From assembly GCA_945882015.1 (NCBI GenBank), contig CAMCVM010000004.1:35473-99472 (forward strand): 64,000 nucleotides of DNA. Reading direction: 5' to 3'. Source of the stretch: a candidate division TM6 bacterium GW2011_GWF2_32_72 (GTDB taxonomy: Bacteria > Babelota > Babeliae > Babelales > CAIQNR01). Every line of letters starts with the position of its first letter. The first letter of the stretch is position 1. Below are positions 38,090 to 49,405 of this stretch, one piece after another. The notes under the pieces are model-generated. The model saw only the letters and a list, made by a program, of their open reading frames with translations, was not told the DNA's origin and made no database searches. A program made the position numbers and the translations under genes.

Positions 38090-38365
38090 TTAACGAGATG
38101 AAGAACAGTAAGGAATTAACGCCATAGAACGAGCCAATTTAATAGCTTTATTCAAAAGACGTTGCTTGCTTGCGCAATTACCAGAAATTCTTGAAGGTAA
38201 AATTTTACCACGCTCTGTTAAAAAACTTCTTAACAACTCAGTATCCTTGTAATCAACAAAGTCCATCGATGTTAATCTGCATTGCTTTTTAGCATTTGCA
38301 CCAAAGCGTTTATTACGTTTTTTTACTAAACGAGAACTAACTTTTAGTCTAATTTTTTTTGTCAT
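38090..38365 (-). CDS. rpsR: 30S ribosomal protein S18
   Basis: 91 aa. [52 protein letters not shown] is a canonical S18 core. Confidence 0.93.
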   Translation of the reverse strand: MTKKIRLKVSSRLVKKRNKRFGANAKKQCRLTSMDFVDYKDTELLRSFLTERGKILPSRISGNCASKQRLLNKAIKLARSMALIPYCSSSR

Positions 38366-38850
38366 TAGTTTAACTCCTCATCGTTGAAAGATTCGTCAAG
38401 ATCAGTCCCTAATGCTTCTGATCTTTTATCATTATCACGTGCGCCTGAACCACGAAGGCCTTCCATGTTGTTTTCACGTAAGAATGAATCTACATCGCGA
38501 GCAACAGGTGCATCTTCAACAGATTGTGGACGTTTATATTCAAGTGATTGTTTTGTATCAAGTTTAACAATTACATGACGCATGACAATTTCATTATATT
38601 TTACTGTAAACGCTGTTTTGATAGTTTCAAGAACAGGTTGTGTAGTTGGAACTTCAAAGCGAGTTAAAAAATAAATTCCGTAATCATTTTTCTTAACTGG
38701 ATACGCTAAACGGAATTTACCCCAGCGCTCAAAAGAAATTACCGATCCTTTTACTTCTTTAACAATCTCTTGAATCCCTTTTTCAACGTTACTTGCTTCG
38801 TCTTGCGTAATAGCAGGAGTTGCAAGCATAAGAATCTCATACCGATTCAT
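38365..38850 (-). CDS. rpsF: 30S ribosomal protein S6 (acidic C-terminal tail)
   Basis: Start at [12 protein letters not shown] (the ORF-track start 38898 adds 16 unlikely residues). [14 protein letters not shown] core. No ssb lies between rpsF and rpsR. Confidence 0.9.
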   Translation of the reverse strand: MNRYEILMLATPAITQDEASNVEKGIQEIVKEVKGSVISFERWGKFRLAYPVKKNDYGIYFLTRFEVPTTQPVLETIKTAFTVKYNEIVMRHVIVKLDTKQSLEYKRPQSVEDAPVARDVDSFLRENNMEGLRGSGARDNDKRSEALGTDLDESFNDEELN

Positions 38851-39004
38851 ACACATACTTTCGTATAAATTTAAGGTTACTAACTGGAAATGGCACAATA
38901 ATGCACCACTATAAAAACTCCACCATGGGGCTTTTATTTAAATAACCAACTGCTAAAAGTGTACCAAAAAAGTCAAAAAAAGCAAAAATGAAACGTATAT
39001 TATA

Positions 39005-39052
39005 AAAAAGTGCTGCTTTATAGCTTAAATAAGCATAAGGCAGCACTTTTTT
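39005..39052 (-). terminator. Hairpin terminator (A/T-flanked, bidirectional-looking) after the repressor gene
   Basis: AAAAAGTGCTGC-23 nt-GCAGCACTTTTTT perfect 12-bp arms, 16 nt downstream of the stop at 39068. Confidence 0.65.
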
Positions 39053-39067
39053 ATAATTTTCAATTAT

Positions 39068-39739
39068 TTAAATATATTTCTGAACTCTTTGAATTACTCG
39101 TCCAATAATTCTAAAATGATCCTTGCCGCGAATTAAGGCAATTGGAGCCTGTTTGCGGTTTGGAGATTCAAGAACAATAAAATCTTCACTAAAAGTAACT
39201 TGGAAAATACCTTTGATAGCAACATCGTTACCATATTCAACGGCAGCGGTGTCACCAGTTCTTGTCCACACATCAGGAGAAACGATTAAAAAATCGCCCT
39301 TTACAAATGTTGGAGCAAGCAAATTGTTATCAATTGCAAGCGCAAACATAGCTGCATCAGTGGTGTTTAAACTTGGCACAAACACATCTTTGTAACCGGT
39401 TGTTGTTTGCATTAATTGATTATTATAAGGGGAGGGATTTGAAGGAATTTCTCCCACAACCGGCACCACTTGTACTTTTAATTCAATATCAGATTTTTCT
39501 GGCATACTTACATTGTTATCAATATTGTCAGTACGGTTTCTACGCTCTGCAAATAAATCAATAGGACTTAATTCAAAAGCGTTTGCTAATTTTTTTAAGG
39601 AATCTTCATTCCAGCGACGAGTTCCGTTTTTTATATGAGTTAAGTAACTTTCAGACATTCCTGTCTTTTCGGCTAGAACTTTTGTTGTCCAGCCTTTTTC
39701 TCGTAAAAGCTCTTTTACTCTTAAAGATGTCGAAGACAT
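39068..39739 (-). CDS. XRE-family HTH repressor with LexA/CI-like (S24-like) C-terminal domain
   Basis: 223 aa. N-terminal HTH LREKGWTTKVLAEKTGMSESYLTHIKNG. C-terminal VPVVGEIPSNPS...FALAIDNNLLAPTFVKGDFLIVSP...VAIKG is collinear with the LexA catalytic domain. Confidence 0.7.
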   Translation of the reverse strand: MSSTSLRVKELLREKGWTTKVLAEKTGMSESYLTHIKNGTRRWNEDSLKKLANAFELSPIDLFAERRNRTDNIDNNVSMPEKSDIELKVQVVPVVGEIPSNPSPYNNQLMQTTTGYKDVFVPSLNTTDAAMFALAIDNNLLAPTFVKGDFLIVSPDVWTRTGDTAAVEYGNDVAIKGIFQVTFSEDFIVLESPNRKQAPIALIRGKDHFRIIGRVIQRVQKYI

Positions 39740-39833
39740 ACTTTACTCCTTTGTTTGAACATGCAATAGTATAGTAATTATGAGGTTAATACTGCGTTAG
39801 AAATAATATTACACATAGCAAACTGTTTGTCAA

Positions 39834-40535
39834 ATGGAAAAAAAAATAAGCCCCAACCAAGCTCCTGATTCACTCATCGTTTCCTCTTTTTACGAGTCTG
39901 AATTATGGGCTCAAAATGCTCTTTTAAGCGGGATCGATGAAGTTGGAAGAGGTTGCCTAGCTGGACCAGTGGTCACTTGCGCAGTCATTTTACACCCTTA
40001 TGCAACCCACCCCTTACTCAAAGATTCAAAAATACTGACTGAAAACCAAAGAATAAAAGCTGCCCAATGGATTAAGCTTAACGCATGGTACAGTTTTGGG
40101 ATGGCTGACCACACCTTTATTGATAAGCACAATATTTATCAGGCAACCTTAACGGCAATGAAGCGAGCTTATTATGGGCTTATTACACAATCAAACTTAC
40201 CACAACAGCCCAGCCTATTGTTAATTGATGCCATGCCCCTTAAACTTGAAAACCAAGCGATTAAAATCCTTTCGTTTACGCAAGGCGAGAGCAAATCAAT
40301 TTCCATTGCCGCAGCGTCAATTTTGGCCAAAGTAATGCGAGATGAACTAATGCAGGAGACTGCAAAACTATTTCCCGGGTTTTATTTTGAAAGTAATAAG
40401 GGGTATGGAGCTCAAAAACATCAACTAGGGTTAAAAAATCAAGGTCCAACCATTATTCATAGAGATAGTTTTCTTTCTGCTTATAAGGAGCGCGCTCATG
40501 AAAACAGCGACAAGCAAATCTCACTCTTTTGCTGA
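39834..40535 (+). CDS. rnhB: Ribonuclease HII
   Basis: 233 aa with GIDEVGRGCLAGPVV and DSKILTENQR motifs. Confidence 0.9.
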   Translation: MEKKISPNQAPDSLIVSSFYESELWAQNALLSGIDEVGRGCLAGPVVTCAVILHPYATHPLLKDSKILTENQRIKAAQWIKLNAWYSFGMADHTFIDKHNIYQATLTAMKRAYYGLITQSNLPQQPSLLLIDAMPLKLENQAIKILSFTQGESKSISIAAASILAKVMRDELMQETAKLFPGFYFESNKGYGAQKHQLGLKNQGPTIIHRDSFLSAYKERAHENSDKQISLFC

Positions 40536-41094
40536 AGTGATTGAAAGTTCTTTGCAAGGATTTACTGCCCAGAGTTGGCAATGGGACACCTTTCCTGAAT
40601 TTGGGTCACTGGTTACCATTGCAACCAAAAAACGGACACTGTTTGGCGTGGTGCACGCTATCAGTACCGGTTCAATGGAGCAAGGCCGCTATCCCTTTAC
40701 TTACCAAAAAACAGAAGAAGAACTGTTGGCAGAGCAACCTCAAATTTTTGAATTTTTAAAAACAAGCTTTTCCTGTATTATTCTGGGGTTTAGTGAGCAT
40801 GAAGTTATGCTTTATCATCGAGCTCCAGAGCCCCCTAAAATCCATGCTTTTGTCAGCCTTGCAACGCCGCTTGAATATAAACGTTTTTTTGCCTGTCATA
40901 ACTATTTGCATGTTTTAGCCTCAAGTCAACAGACTGAATCACTGGATGAACTGATGTTAGCACTTTTACGTAATGCGCATCAGCAAAAATTACTTGATCA
41001 GGCAAAGCTAGAAAGTTTTATAGAAATCTATTCCCTATTAATCGGCAATGATTACCGCAGACTTAAGCTTTTTATTCAACGCATACCAATTTGA
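40498..41094 (+). CDS. Hypothetical cytoplasmic protein
   Basis: 198-aa ORF overlapping the rnhB end by 38 nt. An alternative GTG at 40537 removes the overlap. No signal peptide and no domain recognised. Confidence 0.45.
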   Translation: MKTATSKSHSFAEVIESSLQGFTAQSWQWDTFPEFGSLVTIATKKRTLFGVVHAISTGSMEQGRYPFTYQKTEEELLAEQPQIFEFLKTSFSCIILGFSEHEVMLYHRAPEPPKIHAFVSLATPLEYKRFFACHNYLHVLASSQQTESLDELMLALLRNAHQQKLLDQAKLESFIEIYSLLIGNDYRRLKLFIQRIPI

Positions 41095-41163
41095 AATCCG
41101 TGGGATAGTCTTTATACTAATAAAAAATAAACTCTACACCCACTTATTATAAGATGACTATTT

Positions 41164-42057
41164 ATGCAGAATCTCACACTTGAACAACTGCTTACTCAAA
41201 CGACCAAAGCGCTTGAACCTCGATTTGGTAAAGAGCACAGTTTTTTTGTAGCAGGCTGGATAATCAATAAATTAACTGACAATATTTTTAGCAAGTCTGA
41301 AACACAAAATCTATCGCTAGAAGTGGTAAGTCCAGAAGTGTGCCAAAAGCTGCAAACATGGGTAGACCTATTAATCACTAAAAATTATCCGTTACAATAT
41401 TTGCTGGAAGAAGCGCCATTTGGAAACATTGAACTTTTTATTCAAGCGCCCATTTTAATCCCGCGCCCTGAAACAGAAGAATGGGTTATGCAATTAATTG
41501 CAAATTTACAGCTCTTTAAAAAATATCCACTCAAAATCCTTGATTTGTGTTCCGGTTCAGGATGCATTGGTTTATCTATTGCACACGCATTTGAAAATTT
41601 CACCGTGCACGCTGTTGATAAAAATCCACAAGCAATAGCACTGATTGAAAAAAACATTCAACATTTACAACTTAAAAATATTCTAGCTCTAGAATCTGAT
41701 ATGTTTGCAAATCTTGCACAACAAAATTATGACATTATTTTCTGTAATCCACCGTACATAACTGCTGATGAATACGAGCAACTTGATGACTGCGTAAGAT
41801 TATGGGAAGACAAGCAAGCATTAGTTGCAGACAATAATGGTCTTGCATTTTATGAACTGATTGCGCAGCAAGCACAACAGTATTTAAATCCAAAAAGTCT
41901 TTTGACTAGCGATTTTTGTCAGCTCTTTCTAGAAATTGGAGCAACGCAAGGTCACGCTGTCACCCAATTATTACAAAAAAATAAATGGCATGTTATGAGC
42001 CCTATCCGTGATTTTAATAATAAACCGCGACTTATTGCCGCATCCGTTAAAGGATAA
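41164..42057 (+). CDS. prmC: Release factor glutamine N5-methyltransferase
   Basis: 297 aa. SAM motif ILDLCSGSGCIGLS and catalytic FCNPPYI (NPPY). Confidence 0.85.
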   Translation: MQNLTLEQLLTQTTKALEPRFGKEHSFFVAGWIINKLTDNIFSKSETQNLSLEVVSPEVCQKLQTWVDLLITKNYPLQYLLEEAPFGNIELFIQAPILIPRPETEEWVMQLIANLQLFKKYPLKILDLCSGSGCIGLSIAHAFENFTVHAVDKNPQAIALIEKNIQHLQLKNILALESDMFANLAQQNYDIIFCNPPYITADEYEQLDDCVRLWEDKQALVADNNGLAFYELIAQQAQQYLNPKSLLTSDFCQLFLEIGATQGHAVTQLLQKNKWHVMSPIRDFNNKPRLIAASVKG

Positions 42058-42059
42058 TT

Positions 42060-42314
42060 ATGGTAAAAAAAATCTTACTGACAATTTTATTAATGATTAC
42101 TCAGTCGTTAGTAAATTCACAAGAACAAAAAGTTCCTGATACAAATCAATTCCGCCATTCACAAACCGCATCTGATGACGGAATAGTTGAAGCAACACAA
42201 CCTGTATCACCCGCTACAGAAAGATATGCTGCGCGAGATGATGTTGATGAAGCATCTAACTCTGAAGATGATCAAGTTGTGCCTACATCACCAAAACCTC
42301 ATAGCCAACAGTAA
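42060..42314 (+). CDS. Small exported acidic protein, unknown function
   Basis: 84 aa. Signal-like MVKKILLTILLMITQSLVNS followed by a low-complexity acidic region. Confidence 0.4.
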   Translation: MVKKILLTILLMITQSLVNSQEQKVPDTNQFRHSQTASDDGIVEATQPVSPATERYAARDDVDEASNSEDDQVVPTSPKPHSQQ

Positions 42315-42343
42315 GCTCTATCATCTAAAAAAAGGAAAGAGTC

Positions 42344-43720
42344 ATGAGTAAGCAGTATCAAACAGCTCTCTTTTTATTTCATCGAGATTTGCGCATTAAT
42401 GATAACAAAGCATTACTGCAAGCGTGCAAGCAAGCTGAAACAGTTATTCCCATTTTTATCTTTGATCCAGAGCAAATCAGTACAATCAATAGTTATAAAA
42501 GCAATAATGCAGTTCAGTTTATGCTTGAATCTTTAAAAGACTTGCAAGAACAGTTTAAAAGTCGCGGCGCAAGGCTGAATCTTTTTTATGGTAAACCAGA
42601 AAAAATCCTTAAAGAGTTAGTAAAGATACTCAGCATTGATGCGCTCTTTTTCAATGAAGATTATACCCCTTTTGCTCTTGCAAGGGACAAAGCAATTACC
42701 CAGGTAATGGAAAAATTTTCAGTTGCAGTGCATAGTTTTCAAGGTCTTTTATTAACCGATCCAAAGACTTTGCGCAATCAAAGTGGCAAACCATATACTG
42801 TATTTACTCCGTTTTTTAATAAAGCAACAGAGCAAGGAATTAACGAACCTGAGAAAAATACGTATAAAAATTTTTACACCAAAAAAATTGAAACTGCTCT
42901 TGATGCTAACCAAAATCTATTTGAAAAATTTTCAATCACTAAAAATTCTGCAATTGCTGTGCATGGCGGAACAAAACAAGCAGAAAAAATCTTAAACCAT
43001 GTCGATGCATTTAAACAGTACGCCAAAACACGCGATTTTCCATGTTTAGCAACTACCCATCTTTCTGCGCATCTTAAATTCGGAACAGTTTCGCCACAAC
43101 AAGTAATACATTCCCTTAAAGAACATAAAGCTGACATAACATTAATTCGGCAACTGTATTGGCGAGATTTTTACACTCATATTGCCTTTCATTTTCCGCA
43201 TGTATTTGGCAAAGCGTTTAACCAAAATTATCAAAAGGTTTCGTGGTCACATAACAAAAAAGCATTTGAACAATGGTGCAACGGTCAAACAGGATTTCCA
43301 ATTGTTGATGCGGGGATGCGCCAACTGAACACTACTGGATACATGCACAATCGAGTGAGAATGATTGTATGTTCTTTTTTAACAAAAAATTTACATATCG
43401 ATTGGCAATGGGGCGAAAAATATTTTGCACAAAAGTTAGTTGATTATGACCCTGCCGTTAATAATGGAAGTTGGCAATGGGGAGCTTCAACCGGAGCTGA
43501 TGCTGCACCTTACTTTAGAGTATTTAATCCATGGCTGCAGCAGAAAAAATTTGATGCTGATTGTGTTTATATTAAACAGTGGGTTCCTGAATTACGGTTA
43601 ATACAACCAAAAGCTATTCATAACTATTTTAATGCTACTCAACCATTGACCAAAGAATATCCATTACCTATGGTTGATCATGCAACCACCTCGCAACAAG
43701 CAAAAAAAATGTTTATGTAA
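42344..43720 (+). CDS. phr: Deoxyribodipyrimidine photolyase / cryptochrome family protein
   Basis: 458 aa. LFLFHRDLRINDN at the N-terminus. FAD-binding domain WRDFY, TGFPIVDAGMRQL, TGYMHNRVRM and NNGSWQW. Confidence 0.9.
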   Translation: MSKQYQTALFLFHRDLRINDNKALLQACKQAETVIPIFIFDPEQISTINSYKSNNAVQFMLESLKDLQEQFKSRGARLNLFYGKPEKILKELVKILSIDALFFNEDYTPFALARDKAITQVMEKFSVAVHSFQGLLLTDPKTLRNQSGKPYTVFTPFFNKATEQGINEPEKNTYKNFYTKKIETALDANQNLFEKFSITKNSAIAVHGGTKQAEKILNHVDAFKQYAKTRDFPCLATTHLSAHLKFGTVSPQQVIHSLKEHKADITLIRQLYWRDFYTHIAFHFPHVFGKAFNQNYQKVSWSHNKKAFEQWCNGQTGFPIVDAGMRQLNTTGYMHNRVRMIVCSFLTKNLHIDWQWGEKYFAQKLVDYDPAVNNGSWQWGASTGADAAPYFRVFNPWLQQKKFDADCVYIKQWVPELRLIQPKAIHNYFNATQPLTKEYPLPMVDHATTSQQAKKMFM

Positions 43721-43735
43721 AAAAAAGGGGATAAA

Positions 43736-44233
43736 ATGTGGAATAACAATCTGATTAAAAAGAGTTTTTTATGTGCTGGTATCATGTTTATACACGGTTT
43801 AATAGGAAAAATACTGATGGGCGATTCGGGCCAAAGTTCTTGGTATCTTTCACTCAAAAAACCGTTTTTTAATCCGCCTGGATATATTTTTGCAATTGTA
43901 TGGCCAATACTGTATTGCTGCATCATTGCAACTGGAATTCAGTTATTAAAAAGTGGTAAAAATAAAGCATTAAATACAAATCTCATACTATTGTTTGGTC
44001 ATCTACCTATTAATTCATTATGGATTTATGTATTTTTTATACAACACAATATAGCACTTGGAACTTTTATATTACTAGCTCTTACTGTGATTGTATGGAA
44101 TATGACGTTTCGATTTAAAATTGCTGATAAGCAAGCTGGTTTATTATTTCTGCCATATTCACTATGGCTTACTTTTGCTTTTATACTTAATCTGTCTATT
44201 TACCTTTTAAATAGACCATTCTTAACTTATTAA
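43736..44233 (+). CDS. tspO: Tryptophan-rich sensory protein TspO
   Basis: 165 aa with five TM helices. WYLSLKKPFFNPPGYIFAIVWPILY and LPYSLWLTFAFILN match the TspO/MBR pattern. Starts 15 nt after phr. Confidence 0.85.
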   Translation: MWNNNLIKKSFLCAGIMFIHGLIGKILMGDSGQSSWYLSLKKPFFNPPGYIFAIVWPILYCCIIATGIQLLKSGKNKALNTNLILLFGHLPINSLWIYVFFIQHNIALGTFILLALTVIVWNMTFRFKIADKQAGLLFLPYSLWLTFAFILNLSIYLLNRPFLTY

Positions 44234-44255
44234 TTATCAGATTAAAAAAATATTT

Positions 44256-44296
44256 AAAAAGAAGAAGCTCCAAGAAAATTGGAGCTTCTTCTTTAA
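44256..44296. terminator. Bidirectional terminator between convergent tspO and groEL
   Basis: AAAGAAGAAGCTCCAA-GAAAA-TTGGAGCTTCTTCTTT perfect 16-bp stem with an A-run upstream and T-rich sequence downstream. Confidence 0.8.
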
Positions 44297-44315
44297 ATTC
44301 AGTAAAAACTAAAAG

Positions 44316-45965
<1,650 letters not shown>

Positions 45966-45970
45966 TTACC

Positions 45971-46231
45971 TTATCTTTCTACAATACCTAAAACGTCTTC
46001 TTCTTTTAAAATGATATGTTTTTCATCAACATCAGTACCTGCGTACTTGCCAAAAAAAACAACATCTCCAACTTTTACTTGAAAATCAGCTTTTGTACCA
46101 GTTGCAACAACTTTTCCTGTTTGGCCTTTTTCTTTAGAGCCTTCTGGAATGTACAATCCACCTTGAGTTTTCAATTCTGTTTCTGTTCGTTCAACATATA
46201 AACGATCAAACAGTGGACGAATTTTTGTCAT
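45971..46231 (-). CDS. groS: Co-chaperonin GroES
   Basis: 86 aa. [26 protein letters not shown]...GKVVATG. Ends 11 nt upstream of groEL. Confidence 0.92.
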   Translation of the reverse strand: MTKIRPLFDRLYVERTETELKTQGGLYIPEGSKEKGQTGKVVATGTKADFQVKVGDVVFFGKYAGTDVDEKHIILKEEDVLGIVER

Positions 46232-46394
46232 AAATACACCCTTTGATTAATAATCCTACACAACGCTAAAACACTGTATCAGCAAGCTAAAAACTAGCTT
46301 AGTATTCCATTTATATTAATGATAACCTTCTTGCGATAAGTATACTCTCAATACCTAAAAAAGCAATGTAAACCCTAGCGCTAAAAATGCTGTA

Positions 46395-46781
46395 TTAAGC
46401 TGAACAACAGCGCCGCTCTGTTGAACAACTTTGACCATCTTTGCCCGAAATAAGCTCAATTTTATTACCACCTGGATCAGTTACCATAACCACTGCCCCG
46501 TTAATTGTTTCAGTTGGAGCTGACAACAGATACCCCGCTTTTAAAAGAGATTCGCTGACCGTTTGAAAGTCAGCAATATAAAAAACTAACCCCGAATATC
46601 GATCTAAAATTTGATCTGTTGGGCAAAGGGCAAGTTTAACTTGTTCAAGCTCAAATTCTGCCCACACGTTTTCTTGATAAAAAGCACAGTAGCCGCCTAA
46701 TAATTCATAAAATTCGACTGCTTTTGCTAAATCTTTTTGCAATAAAACAAGCGTATGAATTTTTAATAATGATGGTTTCAA
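46395..46781 (-). CDS. Glyoxalase/bleomycin-resistance (VOC) family protein
   Basis: 128 aa. VLLQKDLAKAVEFYELLGG ... VTDPGGNKIELI is a typical VOC beta-alpha-beta-beta-beta pattern. Cys-rich tail. Confidence 0.65.
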   Translation of the reverse strand: MKPSLLKIHTLVLLQKDLAKAVEFYELLGGYCAFYQENVWAEFELEQVKLALCPTDQILDRYSGLVFYIADFQTVSESLLKAGYLLSAPTETINGAVVMVTDPGGNKIELISGKDGQSCSTERRCCSA

Positions 46782-46871
46782 AAAGTCCCTTTTATAAAAA
46801 AATTAAAAAAATTTTTTCTCTTTACTCTTGGGCATTTTACCACTTTTTAGACAATTTGAAATGAACAACCT

Positions 46872-46900
46872 TTGACAATTTTTAAGGCGCGCAGTAGAGT
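46872..46900 (+). promoter_or_regulatory. Sigma-70-type promoter for the 46948-50648 gene array
   Basis: TTGACA (46872-46877), 17-nt spacer, TAGAGT (46895-46900), 47 nt upstream of the ATG. Confidence 0.55.
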
Positions 46901-46947
46901 CGCTCCAGGAAAAGTAGTCTACCCTCTTATATACAAAGGAGTCCGTA

Positions 46948-47496
46948 ATGAAGGGAAAATTAGGAGTCGTATTGAGCATCTGTTTATTGACATCACAGGT
47001 AGCTTTTGCTGAAAAAGGAGCATTTGGCGAAGTGGGCAATATTTTATTTGGAAGCATGGGAAAATATGCACCAAATGATGTAAGAGTTGCAACTGTTGTT
47101 CCAGCTGCGCTTGGAGTTGGTGCCGGAGCTGCATTGTATTTTCTTAATAGTAAAATAGTAGCACTTCCAGGTATTAGCAGACTAGCTAGCTTTGTAGAAA
47201 CTGATTTACAAGTAGCTAAGTTAACCGATATACTTCAAGGCCTTGGTATTGTTTTGGGCGTAGAAGGAGTAATGGGCCTTTACAAAGGTGGCCATGAAAT
47301 GAGAGACGATTATTTAATGGCTGTTTTAGGTGCATTTATGACTGAACAAATGTTATTTAAAAATCAAGTAAAAGACCGCGAAGCAGTTACTGCTGCATTA
47401 GCTGGTTTAGCAGTAACCAAGGGAGCTTTCCCAATCTTAGAATTAGCTGCTGAAAAAATGTCAGCTGCTGAAATGAGAACAAGAAGAAAAAACTAA
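46948..47496 (+). CDS. Exported Gly/Ala-rich membrane protein, unknown function
   Basis: 182 aa. AAAGGAG RBS, signal-like MKGKLGVVLSICLLTSQVAFA, and small-xxx-small helices (PAALGVGAGAALYFL, LGIVLGVEGVMGLY). Confidence 0.6.
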   Translation: MKGKLGVVLSICLLTSQVAFAEKGAFGEVGNILFGSMGKYAPNDVRVATVVPAALGVGAGAALYFLNSKIVALPGISRLASFVETDLQVAKLTDILQGLGIVLGVEGVMGLYKGGHEMRDDYLMAVLGAFMTEQMLFKNQVKDREAVTAALAGLAVTKGAFPILELAAEKMSAAEMRTRRKN

Positions 47497-47518
47497 GCGA
47501 TACTATAAAAAAAATAAA

Positions 47519-47545
47519 AACGCTCTCGCTTGAGGGCGTTTTTTA
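47519..47545 (+). terminator. Rho-independent terminator
   Basis: AACGCTCTC-GCTT-GAGGGCGTT (9 bp including one G-U) followed by TTTTTT. Confidence 0.7.
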
Positions 47546-47559
47546 TTATCAAAGCAACT

Positions 47560-48657
47560 ATGAAAAAAATATTCTTCCTTTATATACTCCTGCTGTGCAA
47601 TCCCCTTATCAGTAATCAAAGCACGAGTAATACCTTGCACAGCTCTGTTACAGAAAAAAAAGTCCCGGCTCAAAACACAACGCTTACTGAATCCCAAAAA
47701 AAAATTGTCAGAACGCTCATTATTGGACTAGTAGCAGGAACAATTTATTACTGTGCAAAAGATAATCGAACACCATTATTACAAACAACAGTAACTGATT
47801 ATGCAACCGGGTTAAGTATTAGCTTAGTCTGTAATGCCATTGAACAACTCTGCACCAACCATGAATCTTCTGCCCTTGAAAAAGAAATTCCTTTAACCAT
47901 TGCTCTGCATGCAACCACTCAATTGAGCCAAGCAACCCTGAGTTTTTTATTTTCAAAAATCGCAATTAAAATTACTACTGATCAGGTAGGGCACGTTGCC
48001 TCATTCAGAAATTCAGTAGCAAATTTTTTGTCCCCAAAAACAACTAGTCTTTCTATAGCCCCTGCTATTGGAGCAATTACTGCACTGCAAGCAATGCAAT
48101 GGTATTACCAGCCCGGACAAAAAGCATTAGAAAAAAAACAAAAATTTGAACAAGTATTAAAAGATTTAGAACTTAAAGAATTTATTGAAACACTTACCAC
48201 TACAGATCAAAAAACATTGCCTGTTTGTTTTCCTGATCAGCGCTTTGCACTTGCTTATTTTACGCAAGAAGCAACTTTTACCAAAGATTTAAAAACCATA
48301 CAACTTGCCAAAGAACTCGAAAATAACAGTATAGATGCAACCAAACAACCACTTGTTATTAATGTAGCGGCTGCAAGAGAATCACAATTTTTCCTTACAT
48401 GGATATTACAAGCATCAAAACTTTTGCAAAAAGAAGTTGATGCTGATTACCGCAAACAAAAAATGCTAGAAAATTACTCCCACTACATCATAAAAGCAGC
48501 ACTTCCTCTTCAGGCTAATAGTTTAACAAACAATAGCATTGCACTGGGTATTAATGATTTTTTTAATCTGGCAAGAAAAGCAGCAATGAGGTATAATACC
48601 ACTCCTCGATCTCCTTTTAAACCTCTTTTAACTCAGTCAGAAACTATTATTAATTAG
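47560..48657 (+). CDS. Exported/membrane protein, unknown function
   Basis: Start at MKKIFFLYILLLCNPLISN. The ORF-track start 47530 lies inside the terminator hairpin. 365 aa with several hydrophobic segments. Confidence 0.55.
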   Translation: MKKIFFLYILLLCNPLISNQSTSNTLHSSVTEKKVPAQNTTLTESQKKIVRTLIIGLVAGTIYYCAKDNRTPLLQTTVTDYATGLSISLVCNAIEQLCTNHESSALEKEIPLTIALHATTQLSQATLSFLFSKIAIKITTDQVGHVASFRNSVANFLSPKTTSLSIAPAIGAITALQAMQWYYQPGQKALEKKQKFEQVLKDLELKEFIETLTTTDQKTLPVCFPDQRFALAYFTQEATFTKDLKTIQLAKELENNSIDATKQPLVINVAAARESQFFLTWILQASKLLQKEVDADYRKQKMLENYSHYIIKAALPLQANSLTNNSIALGINDFFNLARKAAMRYNTTPRSPFKPLLTQSETIIN

Positions 48658-48670
48658 AAAGAGCTACTCC

Positions 48671-49372
48671 ATGCAAAACAAAATTCTTTTATGTTTATTT
48701 TTTTTAACAACAAGACTTGATTGCCAAGAACTTTTCCCTCCTAATCAAGCGGCAATAGCAGTTATTGCTGATGGTAACCCCATGTTTGATAATCCTGTAA
48801 ATGGTGCAAGACGTGCGCAACAAGACGAGGCTAGAAAAGAAATGTTCAAACAAGGTTATAGAGCTGCTGCACTTGCCTGTATGGCGGTCGGATTAGGCGT
48901 ATTGGCTATTGATAATAATCAGAGAGTTATTCCTGATTTTTGTGGATTCTTCGGATTACAATTCCTAATAAAAAGCAATGAAAATGAACCTCTAAAGAAT
49001 CCTGACGAATCTCTTTTAACTACGAGTAAAGAAATTGCTATAAAATGGGGAGTCTACCAAGTAGCTGCTTTTGGCCTAGAACAACTAAGTCCCCATTTAT
49101 TTTTTCTTGCCCCTTTACTCAAAAATTCTCTGATGGAACAATATGGCCCTAGTAAGGTTGCTTTAGGTCTTTTAGCGACAATAAAAGTTATTGATGCTTA
49201 TTCATTAAATCCTAGATATTCAGTCCTTGATCCCCTTTCAAGATCTCTATGCGCTTATCAATTAGCTGGAATAATTCCTTTGAATTTTACACGATCAAGT
49301 GTAGTTGAGCTTCTTTATCCTAAGGCTGTAGATCTTCTTTACGCTGTCAGAAACAGAATGCGCCCTGCGTAA
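48671..49372 (+). CDS. Exported/membrane protein, unknown function
   Basis: 233 aa. Signal-like MQNKILLCLFFLTTRLDC and a TM segment AAALACMAVGLGVLAI. Confidence 0.5.
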   Translation: MQNKILLCLFFLTTRLDCQELFPPNQAAIAVIADGNPMFDNPVNGARRAQQDEARKEMFKQGYRAAALACMAVGLGVLAIDNNQRVIPDFCGFFGLQFLIKSNENEPLKNPDESLLTTSKEIAIKWGVYQVAAFGLEQLSPHLFFLAPLLKNSLMEQYGPSKVALGLLATIKVIDAYSLNPRYSVLDPLSRSLCAYQLAGIIPLNFTRSSVVELLYPKAVDLLYAVRNRMRPA

Positions 49373-49377
49373 TTTAG

Positions 49378-49405
49378 TTGACTTTAATACATGAAATTAT
49401 AGAAT
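49378..49405 (+). promoter_or_regulatory. Sigma-70-type promoter for ORF 49458
   Basis: TTGACT (49378-49383), 16-nt spacer, TAGAAT (49400-49405). Confidence 0.5.

Noticed and set aside
46232-46394. Search for a CIRCE element (TTAGCACTC-N9-GAGTGCTAA) upstream of groES
   Set aside because: It is not present. There is only a short AAGCTA-N5-TAGCTT hairpin, which is insufficient to call an HrcA operator.
46803-47134. Two minus-strand ORFs (84 and 71 aa) overlapping the promoter and 5' end of ORF 46948
   Set aside because: They have no RBS and span a well-formed plus-strand promoter, RBS and signal-peptide gene. They are judged spurious.
47530-47559. ORF-track start (TTG 47530) for the 375-aa ORF
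   Set aside because: That start lies inside the terminator hairpin of the upstream gene. ATG 47560 gives a canonical MKK signal peptide.
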